Shown here: one piece after another, positions 24,610 through 35,428 of the stretch
Layout: each line of letters starts with the position of its first letter
How positions within the stretch are numbered: the first letter of the stretch is position 1
Assembly: GCA_029953675.1 (NCBI GenBank)
Contig: JAMWBK010000001.1
Location: 3,596,001-3,660,000 of the forward strand
DNA: 64,000 bases
Direction: 5' to 3'
Source of the DNA: Rhodosorus marinus CCMP1338
Taxonomy: Eukaryota > Plantae > Rhodophyta
The notes under the pieces: model-generated
Databases searched by the model: none
Seen by the model: the letters and a program-made list of their open reading frames with translations, nothing else
Told to the model about the DNA's origin: nothing
Program-made: the position numbers and the translations under genes

Positions 24610-24744
24610 ATTGGTCTCATCGCATGAGTTGCGATTGAGGAACGGGAATGAGCCCAAAACCTGAAAACCAGAAAAACCTGATGAACCTGAAAAACCTGAA
24701 AACCTGACAACCTGACAACCAGAAAAACCTGACAACCAGAAGCT

Positions 24745-25597
24745 GGCATCACTAATCAAGATTCAGGCTCCGCAGCCGAAAGCCTACGACGGGCGACGTG
24801 ACGCCTTAATCATAAGTACGTTCTTGAATCACTTAAGAACCTACTTCAAACTGGCGCGACTGCCCAACGACGATGACGAATACAAAATCACCTTAGCAGA
24901 AGGATATTTGACTGGTGACGACTCCTCCTATTGGTGGTCGCTAATTCCCGACAACCAGAAACCGTCGACATATGAAGGATTCGAGCATACGCTTAAAGCC
25001 CAGTTCTACCCAGCGGACGCTAAGATCCGCGCGAAACAGCAACTCGCACAGGCGCAGCAGAAAACGACTGTTGCAGCATATTCGGCATACTTCAATAAAT
25101 GCCTGATCCAGGTTGGAGCAATCTCGGACTCGGAGAAATTTGATAGATTCGTCGAAGGCCTCAAACCGGACATCAAAAAATACATACATATCCTAGACGT
25201 GCAGACTTTCGAAGCGGCGCAGGCACTAGCCCTGAAAATTGAGGGAGCTGAGGCAGCCAGTCAACCCTCTAGAAAGGAAGAGAAATTTCCCCCAAAAATG
25301 GCAACGCCCCAGACCACTGTAAGCAGGGGAACCAGGTCTGGACGCAGTTACCAACCCGGAACGCAAGAGCAGCAGAAGCGTAACTACGCCAATGTTGTTT
25401 GCAATTATTGCGGGAAAAAGGGGCATACCCAACGGATTTGTTGGAACAACCCTGACAGAGACCCGACAGTGTCAAAGTCTTCACCCCATAAGCTACAGGA
25501 GTTAAACGAGGAGCAGCAGTTGGAGGCGCCGACACTGTTGCTGACAAAGGCGTTCGGGTTCCCTTCAGTGCAAACTTCACGGTCACAGGGTTCTTGA
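24745..25597 (+). pseudogene. gag of element 1
   Basis: Aligns with element 2 gag (ASLIKIQAPQPKAYDGRRDAL..). The position equivalent to the element 2 ATG reads CTG. CCHC zinc knuckle present. Confidence 0.85.
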
Positions 25598-28015
25598 ATG
25601 GGAAGAAGCAGGCCCTCCTGATCGATACCGGAAGTAGCCATTCCGTCCTACGGGGCATCCCAGACGCCACTCCAATAATCCCAACTCAACATGGGCGATT
25701 GGACACCGCTGCCCCAGGAGCATCAATTGAGATTTTGGGCGAAGTGAACGTAAACTTACAGCTAGGTGATCACTACTTTGAGTGGCAGCCCTATATCGTA
25801 GAAGAAGCAGCGAGCCCGGGATACTTGGGACAAGACTTCCTACGCAACTATCATGATCGATGATCCGTTTATTCAGAGACGGAAAAATCTGTGCTAGTCG
25901 ACATCTCCAACCAGATGCTGATCTTAAACTCAGTCGGAATGATACCTGAAACCAGAATACAACCCGAAAAGAAACCAGAAAATGAAGCAGAAAAAGTTAA
26001 CACCAGAAAAAATTGAAAAAGAGAAGCCGGATGTGAGAACCCAAGAAGCAACACGAAAGAAGGAAGCTATGGAGTTGAAAGCTTGGATCACCTCATCATA
26101 CGAAACCGTATTCGCCGACGAAGTTCATGAGCTACCTCCATGGCGCGAGGTTAACTTTGAAATCGAGCTACGACCAGGAGCGGAAGCAGTGGCTCAACGA
26201 CCATACCGAATGAATCTCCCAGACCAACGCGAACTAAAGGAACAGCTAGAGAGCTAGTTACAGAGAAAGCTGATTCGGCAGAGTTCATCTCCTTTCGCGT
26301 CTCCCTGCCTTTTTGTTGACAAAAAGCATGGCGGTAAGCGGCTGTGTATAATCAATACAGGAGATTGAACCGGCAGACAATTGCGAATCAAACGAATCCG
26401 CCGCGGATTGATGATTGCCTCGATGCGTTTGGTACCGCATCTTACCTCAGTGTGGTCGATCTGCGGAGTGGATACTGGCAACTAAGAGTGAAAGAGGAGG
26501 ATATCCAGAAGACGGCATTCACAACACCATTCGGACTATACGAATGGCTTGTCATGCCATTCGGTCTGACAAATGCACCGGCAGTGTTCACCAGACTTTT
26601 GAACCACATCTTTTTCAACGAGCTTAATGACTTTGTCATGATTTTTGTCGACGATATCGTCATTTAGTCGCCGAACCTGGAGACACACCGAAGGCACCTG
26701 GGTATAGTGTTCAACAAACTACGCAAACATAAATTGTTTGCCAAGCTACCAAAGTGTACTTTTGGAGTTCCCGAGACAAGGTATTTGGGTCACCTAGTTG
26801 GAAAGGGGAACGGCGACCGGACCCCGGCAAAGTAGCTGCTCTCAAAAACTGGGGAACCCCGAAGAATGTTCAAGACGTCAGATCCTTTCTGGGGTTTACG
26901 GGTTACCTACGAAATTGCGTATCGCGATTCAGCCTAATTGCGGCACCGCTGACAGAGTTGACGAAGAAGGGAGATAAGTTTCAGTGGGGAGCACAGCAGC
27001 AAAAAGCTTTCTATAGTTTGCGGACAAAACTATCAAACGAACCAGTTTTGCACAACCGTGACTTCGGAAAAGGGTTCATCGTGTGTACGGACGCGAGCAA
27101 TAGAGGAGCTGGAGCTGTCCTACTTCAAAAATTTGACGATGGCGCACACCCAGTCGCCTACTTTTCGAAGAAATTTTCGGCCGCCGAAACAAAGTACTCA
27201 ACGTACGAACAGGAGTTGTACGCGCTATCAACGGCAATCTTGCACTTCCGGGTGTACTTAGAGGGAACCCGATTTACCGTGAGAACCGACCCCAACCCGT
27301 TGAGATTCTTGCACTCGCAGAAGGAGCTTACCAAACGTCAAGCGAGGTACATAAACCGGTTGATGGCGTTCCAGTTCACTATCGAGTACAAGAAAGGCGA
27401 GGAGAATATCGCCGATGCGTTAAGTCGGCATGCCATCCAACACTTGACAATTTCGTCGATCAACAACGACCTCAACTGGCAGGCTGTCAGGCTTACCTTC
27501 AAGACCCAGAATTCAGCGAGGTGTACCGGGAAGACCAGAAGTATGCTGCCCAAGGTTTCACTCGAAGGAACGATTCCCTGTTCTTGCATAATAGAATTTG
27601 CGCTCCGGAACGTCTCGTACCTGCTCTACTACGAAGCTATCATGAGGAGCCAACCGGAGGACACTTTGGAGTAACGAAAACCCGGAACCTGATTAAGAGG
27701 AAGTATTTTTGGTCAACGATGAAATAAGACATCGAACAAATGCTACGAAACTGTGATGTCTGTCGAAGACAAAAACCTCTACGATCTACAGCGGGCACAC
27801 TCCAACCTCTACCCATTCCAGATGGGAAGTTCCAATTAATTTCTATGGACTTCATCATTCGCCTACCTATGACTTCGGAAGGGTTCGACTCCATCTTGGT
27901 CATCGTTGATCGATTCACCAAGTATGCTCGTTTCATTCCGACAACCACTGACGTTTCCGCGCAGAAGGTTGCAGAGCTATTCCTACGCCATCGGGGTTAG
28001 TTTGCGGGGTTATCC
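25501..28015 (+). pseudogene. pol of element 1 (PR-RT-RH-partial IN) with stops and frameshifts
   Basis: Fragmented ORFs 25594-25863, 25982-26257, 26344-26667, 26754-27674, 27521-27727 and 27740-28000 each carry consecutive pol motifs. Confidence 0.9.
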
Positions 28016-29235
28016 AGGGAAGCATAGGAACTCGCGAAAACCACTGGTGATCGTCAGGAGCCAGTTCTCCGTGCTATGTCATCAACCAATGGAACTCCGC
28101 GAAGAGCTGAGCATCCACCGCTTGAACTAATGTATTTTTATTTTAGCAATTATTGTGGGAGAGCTCTCGATGCGAAAGGTTCAGGGTCTGGGTTGTTCAC
28201 GCAGCTAGGTGACGAGATTTCGCCATGAGAAGCTCGAGCCTTCAAGGCGAGCCTTGCTGGAAGAAATGAGACTAGGCATCGTCTACGGTAGCCGACCTGA
28301 CACATGCGCCCAGCGAAGCAGGTGGGCCCTGAGCATTGCCGGTCCCATCCAGCGGCCACAAAATCACGGCTCCGGACGACCAACGTGAAACTATCCCCTA
28401 CTCGGAGACCGACAGCCATGGGATCTTCGCGTCCCCATCGCAGAGGATGGGAACTCCGCCGGGACGGGCTGCATGCTGGCTGCGCAAGCAGAGGGGCCAT
28501 TGCAAACGAGATTGTCGGCAGAGGCTTGCTCACTTTCAGGTGAAAGTGACGCTTCTATCACGGCTCCAATCAGAGTTGACTCGGGGCGACCACTCGGAAA
28601 ACTTAAGGACTTTGGGCGAAGGATGCTGTCTGAGACAATCGTAAAGCATCCCCAAAAACGTCGAGCTGGAGCAGCGGCGCAATGAAGTCTCAGTTGCAGC
28701 TCGAAGTTTTAGGTATGCTTTAGGATTGTTTTGGACAGCATCCTGAGCCATCCTCCTCGAGCAGGTAGCACAGAGCCCGATGCAAGATATTGAACTCTTT
28801 TCCGGCTGCTCATATTTTTCCTTGAATTATTCTATTTTTCTGATAGTATTTATAGCTGAAAAACCTTTAGAGGACAGCTGTCCATAAGAAAAGATGAGAT
28901 TTCGATACCATTTTCGCGTATTCATTTTTATTTGAATTATTATAGTTTTATGGATACCTTGGAGTTTCCACGTTGTCAGCGTTTCCTTTTTTGGGGGCTC
29001 TGAAGAAGATGGTAAAGTTTGGTAGGATTACTGTGCCTTCTTGAGGATAGATGATGAGTGGCTCGCCTTCTGAACTAGAGCGCTTTTTACCAATTCTATC
29101 TTTTTCAAGTTTTGAATGAAACGAAGCGTTATTTTTTTTGAAGAATTGTCTTTCTGTGGCGAGCTGTTGAAGAGTCCTTTTCTTTTTGAGCTGTTTTGTT
29201 AAATTTTTTTTTTCTGGGACGTTGTTGCTGGCGAT

Positions 29236-30282
29236 ATGGCGTCTTCTTCCGGGCCCGGCAAGGTCGCAACTCGCCCAGAGAAGGTTGTTTTTATCACGGC
29301 GTTCTTAATTTGCTTGGATTGATCTTTTTTTGGGGGGGGGTCTGTTCTGAATGAGGTTACTACGCGATTTTGGGCTTAACAGGATGAGTACGAGCTCGAG
29401 GATGATTTCGATATCGGCACTTCCGTTGCTACTTGCTCAGCTACTGTTCGAGTCGGTAAGCGTTTGCGGTTTCTTCCCAAAATGCTTAGAATGTCCCTCC
29501 TGGCGGCTGAACCAGTCAATCCTTGCTGTGGTCTCTAGGCTTTATCAGAAAGGTCTATGGCATAGTTTCCATTCAGTTGCTGACCACTGTCGTCATAAGC
29601 TTGTGTGTAATGCTGAGCACCATCGTCAGAACGTTCGTCCTTGATTCAGCCAACACAATTCTTCTCAGCATGTTTGCAAGCTTTGTGGTATTCTTTGTTC
29701 TGCTGAAATACAAGGATAGACACCCGACCAACATCTATCTGCTTGCCGTATTTGTGAGTGGCTTTTCAGCCTTCATAGAGAGCGAGTTTCACGCTCTGAC
29801 TTATTTATTCCTTTGAAATTCTGGCTGCTGTGCTGTTTCCTCTTGCGCAGACTTTTGCAGAGTCGTACGTGGTTGCGTGGATTTGTGCGATCAACTATGA
29901 GACGGGCTACGGTCACTGTATCGCGACCGCGTTTTCGTTGACGTTGATGATTTTTTCTTCACTCACAGTGTTCTGCTTCGTGACAAAGAAGGATTTCTCG
30001 TTTCTCGGTGGATTTCTATTCGCGTCTATCGTTGCGCTGTTCTGCGCTGGGCTTTTCTTTGGCCTCGCGACCGGCTACGGCGGAAAAATCCCACCAGTTC
30101 TGTCGTTTTTGTACTCGTTCCTCGGAACAATCGTGTTCAGCGCTCATATACTTTTCGACACGTCTCTCCTGATCCATCGATTATCGCCTGATGATTACAT
30201 CTTGGCCGCCGTGAGCATCTATCTGGACGTGATCAACCTCTTCGTGCATATCCTCCGAGTATCGAGGCAGTCAGACAACTGA
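29236..30282 (+). CDS. Bax inhibitor-1 family (LFG/TMBIM4-like) membrane protein, with introns
   Basis: DDFDIGTSVATCSATVRV|GFIRKVYGIVSIQL, KDRHPTN, TKKDFSFLGGFL, ILFDTSLL, SPDDYILAAVSIYLDVINLF. Confidence 0.93.
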
Positions 30283-31826
30283 TAGGCTTACCTGTATCCT
30301 ATCGCTTGGAGCTGACGATTGAAACAGCGGAATGTATAAAAGCTCGACGCATCCGCTCCAGAAGACCGAGTGTGAAAACTCAGCTGGTGGTACACCGACA
30401 GGTTGTTAGCTATGAGAGCGAGTGCGACTTTTAAGCAGGGCTTCATGGAAATCTATGCTCTCGATGCCGAAAACCGTCTGCTCAGCTTCTGAATGCTGCC
30501 CTCATTTTGCTCCCAGCAAGCAGCGAGCAGAGCTCATGGACTTGTCAACCACGGCCGTGATCGGGGTTGCTGCCACATCGTCGAGGTGGAAGATGAACCC
30601 GAGACTGAAGAAGAATATCGACTACTGAGGCAGATATTATCAGTTGCTACAGAAGCACTCAGCTTGGGAATCTGAAGGGCCGCTTGAACCCGAACTGTCT
30701 CCAGAAACGGCGAAAGCCCTGCTTCGGAGAGTAGATTATCCCCTAGGCTCTGAAGATGAAGGCCTATCGGGAATCTTCTCTTCCCCTCCCTCTCTACGCG
30801 AGAGCGCAAAACGAACCACGAATGATTTCAGAGAGATGGTAGTGCACGCTTGAAGTTCGACTCAGGTCTATGGGGAGGAAGTAGCAACTGGACTTGGGTC
30901 GAAAGTCCGTCCCAAACTCCTGACACTTGTCTACTGGACGCTACACCGGGCGCAACCAGGGCAGTTTTCAAGCTTTCTTTAAAGCATAGCTGAAAAAAGC
31001 TTAGGATTTTGGAAGTAGTCTTAAAAATTGTTCCCTCAGGCGCTTCAGTGGTCTTTCAAGCTTCCCTTCCTCGTCACGGCGTAAGAGCCTACCACATCCC
31101 GGCGACCGTTCAATGCTTTATTGGGACTTGGGACATTTTGCAACAGTTATCGGGACATGTCCCAAGGGGAATTAGTGGTCTTCGATTGGACTTTGCAGTC
31201 TCCTCAAAAGGGAAAGCGAGATCAGAAATGGAAAGAAAACAATGAGAAGGCATCCAAACAAGTTAGAGGGGAGCTCCGTAACCCATCTCTGTCGCAGCCT
31301 AACGTTCTCACTCGGTTCTGTCCTGCGATGTCCCCCTTTTTCCTGTCCGAGAAGTTGCAGAAGGGGGAAACACGGAAAAAGCTGACCTAGTACAATCTTC
31401 TAACCAGAATTGTGCTCTTGAAGAAGGAGAACGAGCCGATCAAAACCTCCATGGCGCTCCCCGTGCTCATCTTGCCCCCTCCTCCACACCAGAGTAATCT
31501 AGAAACATGATCTATATTTAGAAGAATAATAGTCTCGGTCGAGACAATTTTTAACATTAATATAGATCTATTCATAATTATGAAGTATTTTGACTTTAAT
31601 TAAGAATTTCACGGCGAGTACCGCTTTCGCAGCATTTTTCGATACTTGACGAAGAAGGCGGTCGGAATGGGGTTGGGAAGATGACTACCTGAATGTTCAG
31701 AGAGATCTGGAGTAGCTTTCTTAAAGGAATGACTTGTTAGACTTGTTTGTTTTGTGATGAAAGTTACAGCTCATTGGCGCATTTAAAAGCGGAATCTGGG
31801 GGATCTATTGCGGGTTCTAGATTGCA

Positions 31827-34800
31827 ATGGGTTGCCGAGCTATGTCAAAGTCTGGACTGACTAGCTTAAAGCTGAATGACTGGCCTGTATATTTTGCTAG
31901 AAGGGGATTCAGGAGGGAACCTACAGCTATAAGAAAGCATGCAGTAACGATTGAGTTTGAAGACGGTAAAGTCGAGCACGTGCAGAAAAGAGGCCACCGG
32001 TTTGCTGATGACAAAGCGGTATCAACAAAGCCTGAACTTTTGGAGGCGTTCGGAGACGACGGAAGGATTGAAACATCGAAAACACGCCGCCAGAATGCCG
32101 TTGAGGAGGAGTCATTGCCTAAATCGTTGGTAAATAGATTCGAGAACGCGCTGGATTCAGATCAGCCGGACTTGATGGTGTCACTCTTGGGCTCCATGAC
32201 CGCGAAGCAAGTTTATCCTGCTTTTCCACTGTGGAAGGACATTCTTGAGAAGACAGTCAACTCGCCGACACGCTGGGAAAAGCTTCGGTCTTATCCCAAC
32301 GTGGTTTCATCAGAGGACTTTCTCCGTGCACGTTTCGAGTACTTGACAGACAACTATCAGCCCAAAGTTATGCTAGAAGCACTTCAAGATATGAGAACTC
32401 ATGACATCAAAGCGGATCCAATAACCGCGAGCTTCGTTGCACAGGCTTCGGAGAACCATCTGAGAGGAGCTGAAGTGTATGCCACGAAGAAGAACCAGAA
32501 TAGAGCCGAGAAAGCCGTCAAGGAGGAAGCTGCAATGGTCACGCCGCCGGAGCCTATATCTGCTGAAGCAATTAAAAGCATATCCGAGAAAGTCGTTGAG
32601 AAAGAAGCTGCTCACGTCAAGCCACCGCAGCATAAATCTGCTGAAGCAAGCAAAAGAATATCAGATGAATTGGAAAAAATGCGTGGCGTGGCGAAGCAGC
32701 ACGATAGAGGCCGCTACTTGTTTGACGAAGACAGCGATATGGATTTCGGGAAACTTCGACTTCAGATCGACAAGCACTGGTGGAAGGACTACAACCAGAG
32801 GCCACACGCCGAGCGGTCGACTGTTCTGTTAAAGGACGGGATCAAGTCCCCGTCAGTTGGCTGGGAGTGGTTTCTGATCACCTTCTTCCAGGCCTTCTCC
32901 AAAACAGATTCACGCCATATCAACTTACACACTTGGATAGCGGCCTTCACCGGTGCATCAAGGCTCTTCCCCAACAAGGACTACGCCTATAAACTTCTGG
33001 AGAAGCGGTATAATGAAAACAGGCTTCAAAAGGACGATGGCGGGTTTATGTTCGTTTCAAAAAACTTGAACGGGACGGCTGATATTCTTCGTTTGATGAG
33101 CTTTTGGCAGAAGCTGTCAAAAGAGATTGACTCTAAGAGCTATGCATTACTTCTGAGGGCATGCCTGTCGACAAGCAACAGATGGCTTGTTCACTATATC
33201 CTCTCTGATATGAAGAAGCGAGAAAGGCCGCTGGAGTCGGAAACCTACGCGGCGGTCATCGAGCTCTTGGCTAAGCACGAATCGCTCTCCGAGGCAAGAA
33301 AATTTGCGATGAGTGCCGTGCAGGAAATGAAGAAGCGCGAGGATGAAAACGGCGGTGATGTTTTGAGAGCTATGATGAAGATCGAAAGCGACGACGTTGC
33401 TATTGAGGTGTTTAAGACCTTCAAGACGCACCTCAAACTGAAGAGAGAGAACTACAGGGACTACCTCTTCGCGATAGGGGATTGCAGCGATCCGAGTCTG
33501 AGGTCAATGAACCATCTAAACTCGGTAGCGGATGACTTCATTAAGGAGTTTGATATCGAGCAATGGCCAGTTGCAGCAGTGGGTCCTGGGAGGCTACAGC
33601 CCTATGAACCCAAATGGAAAGATGCTATTGTGACCAATGCGTTCCTCTACGCCTCCGGGGATGAACAGACGATTCAAAGGACGCTGGATATCCTGGTACG
33701 ATTTGGCGAAGTGAAGGACAGCGAGACTAGGGCAGTACAGTACTACACTTTGGTCAAGCTTGGCAAGGATGAATTGGTGGAAAGCATGGTTAAACGGATC
33801 CCGCAAAAGCTTCTCAAGATTTACAATGACATCTTTCCCGTGTTCGCGGAGAATGATCGTTTGAAGCCGTCGCTGAACTTGCTCAAGTGTCTTCATCCAT
33901 TGGCTTCGAGGTACGCTGTCTCTCTCCGGGTTGCCGAGGGCATGCTTCCAGGAGCATATATTCGTTCTGGTAACTTTGAGAGTGCTAAGGCGGCGATAGA
34001 GAGTATTCCAAACCCGCACGTGACCTCGAGGCTCCATATATTGAGCGAGAGTTCGGCGCTGTTGGGAAAGCCGGACGGTTTCGAAAATGTCGATGCATTT
34101 GCTCGGGCCTTCAAGCTGATAAACTGTGACATTGCTGATGTTGAATGGATGACGCTTCTGAAGGGTACGATCGCGTCAAAGCAGGTTCAGACCAGTACGG
34201 ATATTGTTGCAAAGATTGATCAAACTGGTGTGGCAACGCCTCTACCGGAGATGATGGAGATGATTCCGATGATTGTGGAGACGTTGGAGTCTGGAGCTCG
34301 CGAGAAGGCTGTTATGCGCGCGACAAAGCTGTTTCTGACCAACAGCTCAAGGCTAAGGAATGCGATCTTGATACGCCGCCTGGTTGATCTCGAGCAGCTT
34401 TCTGCGGCGAGCTTTGCGGCGAAGCAGTGCGATGAGGCGGAAGCTTTAGTTTGCGTACTTGAGGCGTATATGGATAGGAAACTTTTGGCAGAGGCAGTGG
34501 AGTTTGTGGGTGGCCTGAAGGCTCCGCGGATTGCGGAGATAAAATTCTATCATGGTCAGTCCATCAAACGGCTCGAGAAGGCGCTGAAGGCATCAGCGGC
34601 TAAGAAGCTGAGGGAAGTTTGGGCGAAGAGGATGACGGCATTTGACGAATCCGTTGCTGGAGTTTCCACAAAAGAGGCGGAGGCAAGCGGACATGAGAAA
34701 AAATCGGAAGTCAAGGTAATCGAGAGCAGCGCTCTGAAGGAGTGGAAGCAGCTTGTGGAAGAGAGGAGCAAGTCTGGAACTAGCTGGGACGTCCTGGTCG

Positions 34801-35174
34801 ATGCTACAATAGGAAATCACAATAGCGACCTGTCCAAGTTTCGGAAGAGAGTGTTCAGCACGTTTGCCGAGGCCTGCTCGGAGACGGCCGCAATGAAGCC
34901 GGCTGACTATGATCTAGCCATCGAGGTCCTGGACGAACTAGATAAAGCGGAGGAGGTCGTTTCCAGAGCACTTTACAGAAAGATACCGTTAAGCAAGGCG
35001 TCGACAGAAACCTTGAGGACTGTCGCGTCAAAGACCTCGAGAGGGGAGGAGGTCTGGTACGCTTCAACGCTATTCAATGAGACTGAAGACAAACAAACGA
35101 TTCTGAGCAGGCTATTGCTGAATCCATCCGTTGAAGGTCTCAAACCCTCCCACGGGGCAATGGATACTGACTAA
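31827..35174 (+). CDS. Large helical-repeat, PPR-like protein
   Basis: 1115-aa ORF with degenerate ~35-aa repeats, e.g. DSKSYALLLRACLSTSNRWLVHYILSDMKKRERPL / ESETYAAVIELLAKHESLSEARKFA. Start codon uncertain. Confidence 0.65.
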   Translation: MGCRAMSKSGLTSLKLNDWPVYFARRGFRREPTAIRKHAVTIEFEDGKVEHVQKRGHRFADDKAVSTKPELLEAFGDDGRIETSKTRRQNAVEEESLPKSLVNRFENALDSDQPDLMVSLLGSMTAKQVYPAFPLWKDILEKTVNSPTRWEKLRSYPNVVSSEDFLRARFEYLTDNYQPKVMLEALQDMRTHDIKADPITASFVAQASENHLRGAEVYATKKNQNRAEKAVKEEAAMVTPPEPISAEAIKSISEKVVEKEAAHVKPPQHKSAEASKRISDELEKMRGVAKQHDRGRYLFDEDSDMDFGKLRLQIDKHWWKDYNQRPHAERSTVLLKDGIKSPSVGWEWFLITFFQAFSKTDSRHINLHTWIAAFTGASRLFPNKDYAYKLLEKRYNENRLQKDDGGFMFVSKNLNGTADILRLMSFWQKLSKEIDSKSYALLLRACLSTSNRWLVHYILSDMKKRERPLESETYAAVIELLAKHESLSEARKFAMSAVQEMKKREDENGGDVLRAMMKIESDDVAIEVFKTFKTHLKLKRENYRDYLFAIGDCSDPSLRSMNHLNSVADDFIKEFDIEQWPVAAVGPGRLQPYEPKWKDAIVTNAFLYASGDEQTIQRTLDILVRFGEVKDSETRAVQYYTLVKLGKDELVESMVKRIPQKLLKIYNDIFPVFAENDRLKPSLNLLKCLHPLASRYAVSLRVAEGMLPGAYIRSGNFESAKAAIESIPNPHVTSRLHILSESSALLGKPDGFENVDAFARAFKLINCDIADVEWMTLLKGTIASKQVQTSTDIVAKIDQTGVATPLPEMMEMIPMIVETLESGAREKAVMRATKLFLTNSSRLRNAILIRRLVDLEQLSAASFAAKQCDEAEALVCVLEAYMDRKLLAEAVEFVGGLKAPRIAEIKFYHGQSIKRLEKALKASAAKKLREVWAKRMTAFDESVAGVSTKEAEASGHEKKSEVKVIESSALKEWKQLVEERSKSGTSWDVLVDATIGNHNSDLSKFRKRVFSTFAEACSETAAMKPADYDLAIEVLDELDKAEEVVSRALYRKIPLSKASTETLRTVASKTSRGEEVWYASTLFNETEDKQTILSRLLLNPSVEGLKPSHGAMDTD

Positions 35175-35428
35175 TAGACAGTCTTTTTTTTGGCGACAAG
35201 CAATCTACCTCTCCCTCGAGCTTTGTAGCGTTTTTCACAGAAGGGAGTCTAACACCAGAATAGAAAAGACAATGCAGAAGTCTTCTTCCGTTCATAGGTT
35301 TTTCTTTGACGACTAGGTTTCTGCTTTTTTTTTTATAGCAGGCTGTGCAATGCTTGTCTGTACATCTATAGGACACTATATTACAACAAAAGTCAAAACT
35401 AACACAACACAAGGAGGCCAAGTTCAAG

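Larger units (their letters stand above)
24348..28015 (+). mobile_element. Ty3/gypsy LTR retrotransposon, decayed and 3'-truncated (element 1)
   Basis: LTR-like segment ending ..GTGTCA at 24609, then TGGTCTCATCGC, gag with CCHC knuckle (CNYCGKKGHTQRIC), protease LIDTGS, RT (RIDDCLD, DLRSGYWQ, WLVMPFGLTNAP, FVDDI), RNase H (TDAS..E..D) and integrase (HxxxxGGH..CxxC, ISMDF). The integrase stops abruptly near 28015 and there is no second LTR. Confidence 0.93.

Noticed and set aside
24348-24640. Tf1-type self-priming
   Set aside because: No sequence complementary to the PBS was found in either element's LTR.
30420-30853. Short coding-like ORFs downstream of the BI-1 gene
   Set aside because: Fragmented across frames, with no recognisable motif or splice structure.
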